Virus record (IMG/VR): IMGVR_UViG_3300031673_008942
Span: 1 to 64,000 of that record
Length of the DNA stretch: 64,000 bases
Source: a virus
Direction: 5' to 3' (one strand)
Part shown: in pieces, positions 47,501-57,325 of the stretch
Position numbering within the stretch: the first letter of the stretch is position 1
Layout: each line of letters opens with the position of its first letter
Notes under the pieces: model-generated
Database searches by the model: none
What the model saw: only the letters and a program-made list of their open reading frames with translations
What the model was told of the DNA's origin: nothing
Translations under genes and position numbers: made by a program

Positions 47501-50500
47501 CGTCGAAAGCTGGAGATGCATTGGCAGAAGCTGATAAGAAACTAGCAGAACAGAGTAAAAAAACTCAGGCGGTAGTGTCAGATGCATGGTTTGGTATGTC
47601 GGATGAACTCAAGAAGGATTTAGGGGGTGTTGCCAAGGTTGGAAAGAAGACCGTAAAGGGTCCTTATGGCGAGACTAGAGAGGAAGATATAGTTACAGGA
47701 ATAGATGCATCTAAGGGTGCCGATGCGTTGGTTACGGTAAGAAAAAAGATGGAAGAATTTAAGGCGAACATAGAGAGTACGAATGATGCTCTTAAAAATA
47801 TTCCTGCCTTTAATATAGGTGCAAATCTTAAGGGAATGAAAGAGGAGTTAGATGCCCAGAAAGCGGTTACCGAAGAGGCGAATAAATCAGCCAAAGAGGC
47901 GAATGATGCTTTTCTGAAAAACCCGGCAGGAGAAGGGGCTAAAGAGGCAAGACAGAAAGCTGGTGATGCTGCTAAAAAGGAAGCGAAGGCAGAAAGCAAG
48001 ATGCAGGCCGAATATAATATATATAAGAAGAAATTGTTGGGTCAACTTAAAGATGTTAAAGTTGTTGGAGAAGATGCGCAGGGTTATGTTCAGGAGATGT
48101 TGACAGGGGAAGAGGGAGTGTATCTTTCCCAGAAAAAAATGTTTGATATTAATAAAAAATTAGCTAAAGGGAGCGAGAAAAATCTTGCTATTGTAAATAT
48201 AAAAGGTAAGAACCTTAGCAAGTTAAAGGAGTATGGTAAAGCTGAAGCTATTTTAGAGGGTGGTATCAAGAGTGCTTACGATGCTAAGGTAAACGCGGCT
48301 AAGAAAAATTTAGATATTCAAAATAGTATATTTGACCTTCAGAAGAAGGTAGCCTCAGCGATTGCGGCTAGTTCCGGTGTTCTTGAGACACAAGAATTGC
48401 GTGGTATGGAGAATAAGCTGTCATCCCTAGAGTCGCAACAGGTTTTGGCTTCTCAAGGAGGGGATATCATAGGGGCATTGGTTGCTACGACTGACCAAGA
48501 GACTAAACTTTATGCTGCTCGCAACGAAGCTTTGACCAAACAGATTGCGATAGATAAAGAAAACAGAAAAATAGCCGCGACTGCTTTAGAGGATGCTTTG
48601 GCAGACCCAAAATCAGACCCAAAAAAGATAGCTGTTCTTAAAACGACTCTTCAGCAATTTGATAATGTGATGGCTGATAATAGTAAAAAGCTTGCAGATA
48701 ACGCAAAAGAGCTTTTTAGTGCTGGTATTGATTTTGAGAAGGCATTGGATGCTGTTGGTAATAGTCTTTCAGGAAAAAAGATAAGTGCCGAGCTTGACCT
48801 GAGCGAGACCCTTTTTGAGTTCTCTGAATTTTCTAAGGATTTGGCAGGAACTGCTCGTGAAGGATTGAATATTGCGATTAAGGCTGCAAAGGAGCAACGC
48901 CGTCTTGAGGAAGAAGCCATCAAGAGAGCCAATGAAAGGGCTAAGGCTCAGGTGGATGAGCAGGCGAAGGCAATTAGTGACCCTGGTCAAAAGGAACGTT
49001 TTAAGGCAGAAAGGCTTGCAACGATAGATGCGCAATCGAGAGCTCAATTTGCTAAGGCGGAGTTGAAGGAAAAGAAGAAAGTTTTAGAGGCTGCTCAACG
49101 AGAGGCAGACCTTAAGATTGCGGCATTGGATGATGAGCAGGGGTTGTTAGAAGCTCAGGCAGATTTCCTTTCAGAATTTGGTGGTTCGTTTGACCAGTTT
49201 ACAGCAATACAGCAAAAGAGTGTTGGGTTAGAGCGTGAGAAGTTGGCTATCATTGAAGAGCAGTTAGCGGTTGCACGGAGTACTGGCGAGGATACTCGTA
49301 AGGTTCGAGCATTAGAGATTCAGGCGGCGAAGCAAGCATTGAATCTGAGGCGTAAGGAAGTTGGAATTCAGAAAGATATTGCTGAGAAATTACTTGGAAA
49401 AGCTTTTGGCCAATTGAGAGGTAGTTTTGCTGGTTCAAAGAATGCTTTCTCGGATGTTGCTTTATTAGGAAGGGCAAAGACTCGTGTTTCTACTCGTTCT
49501 GGATTACTGACGGGTGCGGAAGGTGGTAAGGTTAAGACTATCGAAGAAAGGGCTGCTGAAAGACAATTAGGGGCGGGTGTTCGAGGTAAGAAGACGGCAG
49601 ATGGTTTGAGTAAAGGTGTGGATGCGTTGTTAGCTGATGCTCCTAAGAGATTGAGTATTGAAGAGGAGATGGCTAAGAGTCTTCAAGAGGGCAACAAGGA
49701 TAATAAAGTATCTGCCGCAGGAATTCAAAAATTAGTTGAGGCGGGTACAACTCCCGGTTCTTTGTATACTCATGATGTTACAAGCGAGGGATGGCTTGCT
49801 AAAATATATGGCTTTTTAACTCAATCGGGTTCTGGGACAACCTCCGAGGCTGAAAAAGCTAAGAAGGAAGTTGCAGATTTGAAGTCTAAGGAGCTAAAAA
49901 GCCTCTCGCCAGGAGACAAACTACAGAAGATAGTTGCAGATAAGCAGGCCAAAGAAGCAAAAAAACTCTCACCTGGAGAGAAGATTCAGCAACAACTTGG
50001 AAAAGCTCAGTTGAAAGAGCGTGAGTTGAGAATGGCTGAAATAAGAAATCCTTTAGCAGGAGGTGGACCTGGTGAGGATATAATGTCTGGGAAAACGTTT
50101 AAAGAATTAGGAAAGATTGAGAAAGAATCATTAAAGAAAGATTCAGATAAAAAGGCATTGTTACAAACTCTTGAGAATACAACTACTGGATTGGGGATGA
50201 CTCCTCTAGCTGAAGGTAATCAGCAAGTAGTTCCTGAATCGAGCAAACTCGCACAGAATGCGGAGCAGGGTAAAAGAGAGGTAATGTCCCAAGAGAAAGT
50301 GGCTCAAAATTCCATGCAACCAAAGCCGGGTTTTGCCGCTCCTTCAGGAGATTTAGGCGGAGGAGGGGGCGAGTTGCCTGCTTTAAAAATAACAGGAACC
50401 ATGGAAGTGAAATTTGATAATCAGATGTTCCGCAATCAAGTGGTTACGATTGTTGGCGAGTCAATTAATACTGGCGAAATAAGAAAGTCGCTGGAACAAT

Positions 50501-50520
50501 TAGTGGTATTTAAGACATAA
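44524..50520 (+). CDS. Tape measure protein
   Basis: 1998 aa, Ala/Lys/Glu helical with central Gly/Ala hydrophobic segments; follows the chaperones. Confidence 0.88.
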   Translation: MPREFEDFSDDVSKGTDKVKNSLDGISKAAADADKAHNKLSDSQKAGTAIADKYAKSLEKVSAGTFAVGEASKKAYKGLEKLASIKGNGLSGIEANITGITSAISNMDSDVSRAIDLLERLSNQEVEIKIPEPDFEFVKDFKKGTDSINADLIMLEKTASKLGKQQFLELSIELGGREAISSFLDEMDDLEKKAFQAQVDLKGLDGAVQDLAQSSPVLAANLMKAREAADELARSSSTLSGEIDKAASVTDLARKRFQEGANEAKGFAGGLGETSGKAVGAGVAVFYLAEKLAGLIDEFKGAALEAATFRRETEALEHALGGIVVPGELEDIRQRLGLTREQATEFFKVLEAGATSGVASIDKLADAGEKLRNTFGGDQTDRLREYVDLLKEIPSLDADLSISADLDDQAAALFALAEAGKIQTVIDLQAAGLAGGIQIEASKEEVNLLNVAQKTEQQVQNIKDFLVGKLFPTWGPVIGEVASGVTKVIGLLGGALALFGAMKIFLGSQIVAQNATTKAVLLGGLGGKAGKLGKAGALRKGFSRGGGGIGGVKRGVSGAIKATAFTKATTKLGKVAQIGAKGLLKVGNASKIAGGGMLKLGSQFAKAGGIWGAVALVVGIGATALADKLEESGNRGGASVARFSGELLKAGGTIASFAAMGSVIPGVGTAIGAIAGVAVVAISSLGSLGDVASGLGQELNSTVDSGKKYAGWLQSTGKALDWMGKKTSKAGAVVGDWGDLIKFGTSKVWDGVKALGGWIKGLGESAIYGDEYAASLKKAREAQGESNKYGAVIASARSKMAKSSDKVSKAMLELQKNTQESGMALQQQLQRTKAEFEGIKFRLFERNLEIASDRLSLLSDIGGDTGNFERAIESTTSALNEKFKKLTDSLGKRRSDILKDGELSASGRKAALNDLYAKEVSAVRELVDGVNSVVDALMKTPSIVLRGLKDELEKGRFDIQLDAGALGIDDFTKGLDSQFDNAFTNLTESFEAASKAGDALAEADKKLAEQSKKTQAVVSDAWFGMSDELKKDLGGVAKVGKKTVKGPYGETREEDIVTGIDASKGADALVTVRKKMEEFKANIESTNDALKNIPAFNIGANLKGMKEELDAQKAVTEEANKSAKEANDAFLKNPAGEGAKEARQKAGDAAKKEAKAESKMQAEYNIYKKKLLGQLKDVKVVGEDAQGYVQEMLTGEEGVYLSQKKMFDINKKLAKGSEKNLAIVNIKGKNLSKLKEYGKAEAILEGGIKSAYDAKVNAAKKNLDIQNSIFDLQKKVASAIAASSGVLETQELRGMENKLSSLESQQVLASQGGDIIGALVATTDQETKLYAARNEALTKQIAIDKENRKIAATALEDALADPKSDPKKIAVLKTTLQQFDNVMADNSKKLADNAKELFSAGIDFEKALDAVGNSLSGKKISAELDLSETLFEFSEFSKDLAGTAREGLNIAIKAAKEQRRLEEEAIKRANERAKAQVDEQAKAISDPGQKERFKAERLATIDAQSRAQFAKAELKEKKKVLEAAQREADLKIAALDDEQGLLEAQADFLSEFGGSFDQFTAIQQKSVGLEREKLAIIEEQLAVARSTGEDTRKVRALEIQAAKQALNLRRKEVGIQKDIAEKLLGKAFGQLRGSFAGSKNAFSDVALLGRAKTRVSTRSGLLTGAEGGKVKTIEERAAERQLGAGVRGKKTADGLSKGVDALLADAPKRLSIEEEMAKSLQEGNKDNKVSAAGIQKLVEAGTTPGSLYTHDVTSEGWLAKIYGFLTQSGSGTTSEAEKAKKEVADLKSKELKSLSPGDKLQKIVADKQAKEAKKLSPGEKIQQQLGKAQLKERELRMAEIRNPLAGGGPGEDIMSGKTFKELGKIEKESLKKDSDKKALLQTLENTTTGLGMTPLAEGNQQVVPESSKLAQNAEQGKREVMSQEKVAQNSMQPKPGFAAPSGDLGGGGGELPALKITGTMEVKFDNQMFRNQVVTIVGESINTGEIRKSLEQLVVFKT

Positions 50521-53051
50521 TGAGCAATCCAGTAGCGACAATCGGTAATTCAATTGTAGGACCTTCTGACCCTCAGGTGATTCGGAAGCAGTTCACTCGT
50601 ATTGTGTATGACCAACAAGATTTCTTTGTCTATGCACAAGGAGAATTTGACCCAACTTATACTACATTCGACCCTACCGAGTTGGGTGAGCGATTCTTTA
50701 TTTTTGTTCCTTTGTTGGATGCCTTGGATGGCAATAGTCCTGTTAAGCCTGATTTTGTGACTCAGGAGAGTTGGGATGATACGGTTCAGAATTCTGCAAG
50801 TGGTTTTGTAACTGCTGTAAACTCGATAATGCCCAAATTGATGGTTCCTTCTGAGATTTTGGTTGATAATGGTTTTGATAGTAGTGGGGCATTAAATAGT
50901 GTTTTTTGGGCAGAGGTTCAAAAGGGTACAAATGTTGGAAAAAATCTTTTCAATTGGACGATGACAGATATTAATGGTGGCGGAAGCCCTGGTACAGCAT
51001 TCTATGAAAACGTTCAGACTGGTGCATTTTGGGGTTCTCAGTATGTTTCCGTTAAGCAGAAAGATGATGAGACAAATGCCAATACAACTACAGTAGAATT
51101 GGTAAATCCTACTGACCCACCTGTTGGTGATTGGTTGGCATCAGATAGCAGTGATTTGGTTGTAGGAGGGGCGTTTATCTTGATGTTGAATGTAGTCCCT
51201 CAAAGACCTGGTACAGCAGACCCTAGCGATGTCCAAGATAACCCATGGAGCATCAAGCTTGAGTTTGGAGAGGTGACATTGGACTTATCTGAGACTGGAG
51301 CTTTAAAGGCTGCTATTGGTGGGTTAGAGGATAATACAATTACTGCCAACCTATCGGAGGGTAAGACTAAGGAAGGTCCTCCTCAGCAACAACATATTGA
51401 TGATAAGTCTCCATTTATTATTCAGGTGTATCCAGTTTGGAATGGTATTGTGATTCAGAGTGGGGTTCAGGATAGTATTGCCAATGTAAAGCCTGCGAGT
51501 GTTTATGTTCCGAAGTTAAAGGCTCCAAGTGTCTTGAATCCTCCCTATAGCAGTGGTTTTGACCCTACTGCTCCAGCCGAGGTTGAGGTAGGTGTTGGTT
51601 CAGGAGCGACATTGGTGACGGTAGATTTTGGCAGTACTCTTACGATGACTGCAAAGAATTGTCGTTATGACTTTTCTTATCAGCCTTTATTTTTCAGTAA
51701 TCAATGTTGGTTTGATGAGTTTTTTGTTGGGTCTGATGACCAAGGTGGTGTGGTTTCTTATGCTTATTCTGTTTATCCGATTTGGACTGCAAATGGCACA
51801 GCGGCGGTGTTGAGTCCTACTCCTGTGGTTACTCAATCGACTTTTTCAGGACCGTTGCCAGATACTTCTTATTTTTATATAAACTGGCGTTTAACAGAGA
51901 CTGCTCATAGTCGATTTGCTGGTGAGATATTTGGAAGCATTTTAGAGGTGGCTGAAACTCGTGAGTTCCCCATTAAGAATGGTAATGGTAGTTTTGATTT
52001 AACATGGACAGGAGGTACGGCGGGAGACCCTTCCCCAACGGGTGATTGGGTTGATTACATTCAAAGCATTTCTATCTCTATTACTACGGATGGTAGTAGT
52101 GGACAAATAGTTGTTGATAAGTTTGGGGTTGCCGGTCAGGATGCGATTGCTACTCAAGATATTGGGGCAATTACAATAAGTTGTTCAGGAGCGGAGGGAA
52201 CCGTTGGAGGTTCTCTTTTCCAAGGATTAGCACAAGGTATATCTGAAACCAAATCCTCAGATGGGGCGACTTGGACTATCCCTCTTATTGGGTTGGAGAA
52301 GAAGCTTGATGATATTGCTTTAATCAATGTTCCATTTTTTGATGGGGAGAAGCTTTCTACTACTTTTGATTTCATGACTCGTTATGCAGGTATTGTGGAT
52401 GACCAGAGTGGCTCTCCAAGCGCTGGCTCAATTCAACTTTCTGTATCTCAAGATGTTAACGTGGCTCGTTTTGATTGGAAGTCGGGTACGAGTGTGAGAG
52501 CGGCCTTAGATGATATTATGGTAGATACTCAGCAGGGTTTTACGGTTTGGGATGGTAAAGTATTTTTATGGAATTTGGGGACGGATGGTTTGCCGACTTC
52601 TTTGGGTCCAGACCAGTCGGGGGCTTATCCTGATACAAAGATGGTATTGGAAGACCAGACTCCTGATTTTGATGATGTAAGAAATGAAATTGTAGTAATT
52701 GCACTACAAGCGATTTCTGATGGCAAGGGGTCTCAGATTGAGGATATCCCAACGATTCCTCGTTTCGAGACTCGTCAAACTACTACTACTCCTGATATTC
52801 CATGGGCAAAATCCCTTGTGCAACCATTGCCTGGGTTTTTAACTCAGTCGGAGATGAGCGATATTGCCGATAGGTTACAGAATGCTACTAAGGCTTACAC
52901 GATTATTGGTAGAACGACGATTGCGGGAAATGCTGATATTAGACCTTATGATAGATGGGGCAGTTTCATTATTTATAGTGTAAGCCATAATATAGATTTC
53001 CAGGCAAAGAGTTGGACAACAGATTTAGAATTTAGAACATCAACATCATAG
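50520..53051 (+). CDS. Tail tip/baseplate hub protein
   Basis: Follows the TMP; C-terminal IAGNADIRPYD..IYSVSHNID...WTTDLEF hub-like ending. Confidence 0.6.
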   Translation: MSNPVATIGNSIVGPSDPQVIRKQFTRIVYDQQDFFVYAQGEFDPTYTTFDPTELGERFFIFVPLLDALDGNSPVKPDFVTQESWDDTVQNSASGFVTAVNSIMPKLMVPSEILVDNGFDSSGALNSVFWAEVQKGTNVGKNLFNWTMTDINGGGSPGTAFYENVQTGAFWGSQYVSVKQKDDETNANTTTVELVNPTDPPVGDWLASDSSDLVVGGAFILMLNVVPQRPGTADPSDVQDNPWSIKLEFGEVTLDLSETGALKAAIGGLEDNTITANLSEGKTKEGPPQQQHIDDKSPFIIQVYPVWNGIVIQSGVQDSIANVKPASVYVPKLKAPSVLNPPYSSGFDPTAPAEVEVGVGSGATLVTVDFGSTLTMTAKNCRYDFSYQPLFFSNQCWFDEFFVGSDDQGGVVSYAYSVYPIWTANGTAAVLSPTPVVTQSTFSGPLPDTSYFYINWRLTETAHSRFAGEIFGSILEVAETREFPIKNGNGSFDLTWTGGTAGDPSPTGDWVDYIQSISISITTDGSSGQIVVDKFGVAGQDAIATQDIGAITISCSGAEGTVGGSLFQGLAQGISETKSSDGATWTIPLIGLEKKLDDIALINVPFFDGEKLSTTFDFMTRYAGIVDDQSGSPSAGSIQLSVSQDVNVARFDWKSGTSVRAALDDIMVDTQQGFTVWDGKVFLWNLGTDGLPTSLGPDQSGAYPDTKMVLEDQTPDFDDVRNEIVVIALQAISDGKGSQIEDIPTIPRFETRQTTTTPDIPWAKSLVQPLPGFLTQSEMSDIADRLQNATKAYTIIGRTTIAGNADIRPYDRWGSFIIYSVSHNIDFQAKSWTTDLEFRTSTS

Positions 53052-53061
53052 AGGTGATATT

Positions 53062-53256
53062 ATGAGCACATCAAGAACATGGTTTCAAAAAAATGCTAAT
53101 CAGAATATGACTGCAAATTTGTCAAAGCTTCCGACCCTAGCAATGACAGGGCATTCCGCAGGTGCCAATCCTAATAATACCAATAAAGACAAGAATGGAA
53201 ATAATGCTTTTGTGGTCGGTAAAACAGTAGTTGGAGGAGAGGAGGTTATCGGATGA
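53062..53256 (+). CDS. Small tail-region protein
   Basis: GAGGTG RBS; ATGA coupling. Confidence 0.5.
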   Translation: MSTSRTWFQKNANQNMTANLSKLPTLAMTGHSAGANPNNTNKDKNGNNAFVVGKTVVGGEEVIG

Positions 53257-54161
53257 AAGCTTATAAGCAACGTACAAAATATTTGAACATCCCCGTAGTC
53301 GGTCTTGGAGATAGGATAGAGCCTTCCCAAGAATTGAAGAAGTATCAAATAATTGAAAATATGCTAATTGCCGGAACTCAGGGTGTGCAGTGTGTGGTTT
53401 TTGATGATGGTGATTATTCTTTAGAGAAGGAAACTGATACAACTTATAAGGTGTCATGCCAGGCAACTGGTACGATGCCATGTGCTATTGGGATGGTTAA
53501 TGGTGCTTACTTTAACGCTCATAGTAGAATTACATGGGAAGGTTTGAAGAAAGGTGTTCAGAACTGGCTCTATGTGAGAGGGTATGCTAAGACCTTTGAG
53601 GACTGTACTTATATTAAGACAACTTCTTCAATTAGGGATTTGGGTTCTAAGAAGACTCATTTGTTGATGGCTTATGTTGATTTACGAGAAGAGAGTCCTG
53701 TTTTAAATGTGTACCCTGATGGAAAAGTTTATTCTGATGATGTGGCACGACATGCTTTGGATAATACTAACCCCCATGGGCGTAAGTTGATTCAAGATGA
53801 ATTGATTATTAATAAGAATCTTCAGCTTGGGGATGAGGAGCATACTCCAGTTGTTTCTATTTTTACTGGTGGAGAGAAGAGGGAGTTTGCGATAGATGCG
53901 GTTGCATCTGCGGTTTCTTCTTTGGCGGGACAGAGGGCAATCTTCTTGGATTTTGAGACAGGAGGAACGGAGGGTATCCTGCTCTCGGTTGAAGATGGTT
54001 TGAAGGTTATATTTGCTCATCCTCAGGGCCCTTCTTTTTCTGGAGAATTTACTGTTGGCTATGAAAATTCTGATGAGAAAGTTGATAAGAGTAATGAGGT
54101 GATGGTGTATAATAGTGGGGGCACTAAAGAAAAAGCACGTATCATGATAATTTGTGGATAA
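53253..54161 (+). CDS. Tail/baseplate-associated protein
   Basis: HALDNTNPHG motif common in phage fibre proteins. Confidence 0.55.
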   Translation: MKAYKQRTKYLNIPVVGLGDRIEPSQELKKYQIIENMLIAGTQGVQCVVFDDGDYSLEKETDTTYKVSCQATGTMPCAIGMVNGAYFNAHSRITWEGLKKGVQNWLYVRGYAKTFEDCTYIKTTSSIRDLGSKKTHLLMAYVDLREESPVLNVYPDGKVYSDDVARHALDNTNPHGRKLIQDELIINKNLQLGDEEHTPVVSIFTGGEKREFAIDAVASAVSSLAGQRAIFLDFETGGTEGILLSVEDGLKVIFAHPQGPSFSGEFTVGYENSDEKVDKSNEVMVYNSGGTKEKARIMIICG

Positions 54162-54164
54162 TCT

Positions 54165-56912
54165 ATGGCAAACGATGGTACCGACAAAAAGAATTTAGAA
54201 TATAATAAATTTTTCCATGTTTCTCGACATATTGAACCAGTAATTGTCAAGGACAGGGATGTTGTTGCATTCTGGCCAGATACTGTGTGGTTTGATGCTA
54301 CGAGTGGAATAAATATTTGGCGTGATTCCACTAAGTCACGAGTGGTATATTCGGGTACTCCAACAACAATCGAAGAGAGTGAAAGAACATTGATGTGGGG
54401 GCGTGTAGGGGAGGGTGGAGATTTGGTTTCGGGGTGGAGGTGGGTCCCCTATGTTCCAAGCCTAGATGCAGATGAGAATGACCTTCTTCCTCTGAGGGAG
54501 GTTTATGCTCCAAGAGTAGTTTATGATAGGACTTCTAATACTATTCATTTATGGTTTTGGACGAATGTTAAGTATGGTTATAATGGGGATGAGTATGACC
54601 CTGACCAGATTTATTATATTGGTGTCCAGGATTACTTACCTGCGATTAAATCAAAGACGGCTCCAGAAGAGGCGGCCAAGAGGGTGCTTTGCTATGCGGT
54701 AGGGCAGTTTGGCCATTACTATATGGAAGGCGGTTTTGTAAGTGGTTTTCAAGGAGTGCAGGGGAACAAGGGTACTACACAAAATGCTGTAAATGATTTG
54801 GTGCCGATTTTCACTCTTCCCAAGATTATTAATAAAGATACAAGCGGAGGCACAGTTGGGCAGGGGATTATAACTGATGGGTGGTATCTTCCAACGGGTG
54901 CTTCAGGAAGCAGTGGGGCAACGGGATGTGATGGGTGCGAGTATGCTCCATTGTATGAGATTTCATGTGGGGCAGAGACCATTGAATTTTTGGCAGGTGT
55001 TTCAAGAGGAACGGAGGGATGTTGGGCAGTTGATGAGCCAGTTTGTGTAAATGTTCCCAAACCTGAGGGTGTTGATGCAGGGGCATGTTATCCAAAGCAG
55101 TTTCAAGGAAAGGTCACAGAGCTTCAACAAAGAACGGTTGGAGGGAGTCCCTATAATGGGGTTATTGTTAGTTTTGATGGGAATGTAGAATTTGATTGTT
55201 GCACTGAATGGGCTAGTGAGTTTGAATATGCCAATGGTGCAATGGGAATACAAGATGCCTCTAAGTGGACTTTTTGTCATGGGATTTGTCCTCCAGCAGG
55301 TCCAACGGGTTTCCAGGGATTTCAAGGCTTCCAGGGCTTCCAGGGATTTCAGGGTTTTCAGGGATTCCAGGGATTCCAGGGTTTCCAAGGCTTCCAAGGC
55401 TTCCAGGGTTTTCAAGGTTTTCAAGGGTTTCAGGGACCTCAAGGGAATCAAGGATGGCAGGGACCTTCTGGTGGACCGGTTGGTCCAACGGGGGGTGTCG
55501 GAGGAACTGGAATCCAAGGCTTCCAAGGGGCTCAGGGTTGGCAGGGCGTTCAGGGATTCCAAGGGCCGCAAGGCTTCCAAGGTCCACAGGGTTTTCAAGG
55601 TCCACAGGGTTTCCAAGGTCCACAGGGTTTCCAAGGGCCACAGGGTTTCCAAGGATTTCAAGGACCACAGGGGTTTCAAGGGCCTCAAGGTTTTCAAGGT
55701 CTACAGGGTTTCCAAGGTCCACAGGGTTTCCAAGGGTTTCAAGGACCACAGGGGCTTCAAGGACCTCAAGGGTTTCAAGGACCTCAGGGGTCTCAAGGCG
55801 ATGAGGGGACAGATGGAACAGACGGAGCTTCGGGGAGCCAAGGACCTCAGGGGCCACAAGGGGCCGGAGCTATTGGTTCTCAAGTTACATTTACAGTTGT
55901 TACAAATACTGATTATACAGACCCTACTTTTAAGCAAACTAAAAGACAAGTAACTGTTAATGGTATCTTAGGAGCCGAAGCAGAGACTACTGTATTTACG
56001 GCTGAGGATTGCGATGATGGACCGGGAGGGGGAGCTCAAGGTCCTCAAGGTCCGGCTGGGCTTCAGGGTTTTCAAGGTCATAAGGGTGATGATGGGGATG
56101 ATGGGGATGAAGGTCCTCAAGGCGATGATGGTTCTAATGGGACTAATGGTGAAGATGGTGCGACAGGAACAACTGGTCCTCAGGGAGTTCAGGGTTTTCA
56201 GGGTTTTCATGGTTTTCAGGGTTTTCAGGGACTTCAAGGCTATCAAGGCTATCAAGGGTTTCAAGGGTTTCAGGGTGGTCAAGGGTTTCAAGGATTACAG
56301 GGTGCAAGCGAATCTGAGCAGACAATTACTTTTGTCACTGATAGTGAATTCAATTCAGGCAATGGTTCATTCGTCAATACTTTCAGGCAGATTACCTTTC
56401 AGGGAAGTTTGGGTTCAACCGGCTCCGATATTGTTTTTCAAGCTACGGGCTGTGCTCTTATAATCACTGGGGCTCAAGGATTAGCCGGTTCTGATGGCTC
56501 TAATGGAGTGCAGGGAAGCCAAGGTTCTGATGGTTCTGATGGTTCTGATGGTTCTGATGGAAACCAGGGTTTTCAGGGATTTCAGGGATTTCATGGGGTT
56601 CAGGGACCAACAGCTTGTAATATGCCTAAGTTGATTACGGCAGGGCATTCTCCTTATAGTGCTCAATTTGGCGAATACTTGCTTGTAGATTCTACCGATA
56701 ATTTAATAACTGTTAATTTGCCTACTCCAATCGCTGTTGGGGATTGTCCTCTTATGATGGTAGACCCAACAAGTAGTTGGAAGGTTAATGCGATTAATGT
56801 TGGAAGAAATGGTAACACAATCGGAGGTTTGTCTCAAGATGATACTCTTACGGGGGTTCAATGGACTGAATATGTTCCTGTAAGTACTTCGGATTGGAGG
56901 AAGAGAGATTAA
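54165..56912 (+). CDS. Collagen-like tail fibre with Cys-rich N-domain, duplicated knob domains and C-terminal gp9/gp10-like domain
   Basis: GFQ/GPQ triplet blocks; [18 protein letters not shown]...RNGNTIGG. Confidence 0.8.
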   Translation: MANDGTDKKNLEYNKFFHVSRHIEPVIVKDRDVVAFWPDTVWFDATSGINIWRDSTKSRVVYSGTPTTIEESERTLMWGRVGEGGDLVSGWRWVPYVPSLDADENDLLPLREVYAPRVVYDRTSNTIHLWFWTNVKYGYNGDEYDPDQIYYIGVQDYLPAIKSKTAPEEAAKRVLCYAVGQFGHYYMEGGFVSGFQGVQGNKGTTQNAVNDLVPIFTLPKIINKDTSGGTVGQGIITDGWYLPTGASGSSGATGCDGCEYAPLYEISCGAETIEFLAGVSRGTEGCWAVDEPVCVNVPKPEGVDAGACYPKQFQGKVTELQQRTVGGSPYNGVIVSFDGNVEFDCCTEWASEFEYANGAMGIQDASKWTFCHGICPPAGPTGFQGFQGFQGFQGFQGFQGFQGFQGFQGFQGFQGFQGFQGFQGPQGNQGWQGPSGGPVGPTGGVGGTGIQGFQGAQGWQGVQGFQGPQGFQGPQGFQGPQGFQGPQGFQGPQGFQGFQGPQGFQGPQGFQGLQGFQGPQGFQGFQGPQGLQGPQGFQGPQGSQGDEGTDGTDGASGSQGPQGPQGAGAIGSQVTFTVVTNTDYTDPTFKQTKRQVTVNGILGAEAETTVFTAEDCDDGPGGGAQGPQGPAGLQGFQGHKGDDGDDGDEGPQGDDGSNGTNGEDGATGTTGPQGVQGFQGFHGFQGFQGLQGYQGYQGFQGFQGGQGFQGLQGASESEQTITFVTDSEFNSGNGSFVNTFRQITFQGSLGSTGSDIVFQATGCALIITGAQGLAGSDGSNGVQGSQGSDGSDGSDGSDGNQGFQGFQGFHGVQGPTACNMPKLITAGHSPYSAQFGEYLLVDSTDNLITVNLPTPIAVGDCPLMMVDPTSSWKVNAINVGRNGNTIGGLSQDDTLTGVQWTEYVPVSTSDWRKRD

Positions 56913-57293
56913 ATGGATTTTTTTGAATCATGGATTTGTAAGAGTAGGCGAGAATGTAAGAAATGTAGATTGTCTCGTGAGTATAGAATAGATGTAATAA
57001 AGAAATTTGATAATCCTGAAGAGATTGATTTTGAATGTCCTTTGGGGAAGTCAGCGGATGACTATGCAACAACGTCTAAAATGGCATTTGGAGTGGCACA
57101 GGCAGCAGGTCGTACAGTTAAGGCGATTGCAACAGGAAAAAATGCTGTAGTGAATGATGAAGAAAAAAGAAGAAGACTTTCTATTTGTGGAGAGTGTGAA
57201 TTTTATAAGAGTGGAAAGTGTGAGGCATGTGGTTGTTTTGTTAACTTCAAAGCCAGATTGGCAACGGAACATTGTATAAAAGGTAAATGGTAA
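56913..57293 (+). CDS. Cys-rich metal-binding protein (DUF6171-like)
   Basis: RRLSICGECEF..CEACGCFV..KARL..EHC..GKW. Confidence 0.7.
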   Translation: MDFFESWICKSRRECKKCRLSREYRIDVIKKFDNPEEIDFECPLGKSADDYATTSKMAFGVAQAAGRTVKAIATGKNAVVNDEEKRRRLSICGECEFYKSGKCEACGCFVNFKARLATEHCIKGKW

Positions 57294-57325
57294 AAGGTAA
57301 AAGGTAAAAGGTAAAAGGTAAAATG
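57277..57325 (+). repeat. Heptamer tandem repeat (TAAAAGG), about 7 units, spanning stop codon to start codon
   Basis: TAAAAGG TAAATGG (TAAAAGG)4 TAAAATG. Confidence 0.9.

Noticed and set aside
55002-56463. Long alternative-frame and antisense ORFs over the collagen repeats (likewise within 151-3090)
   Set aside because: By-products of stop-poor triplet repeats
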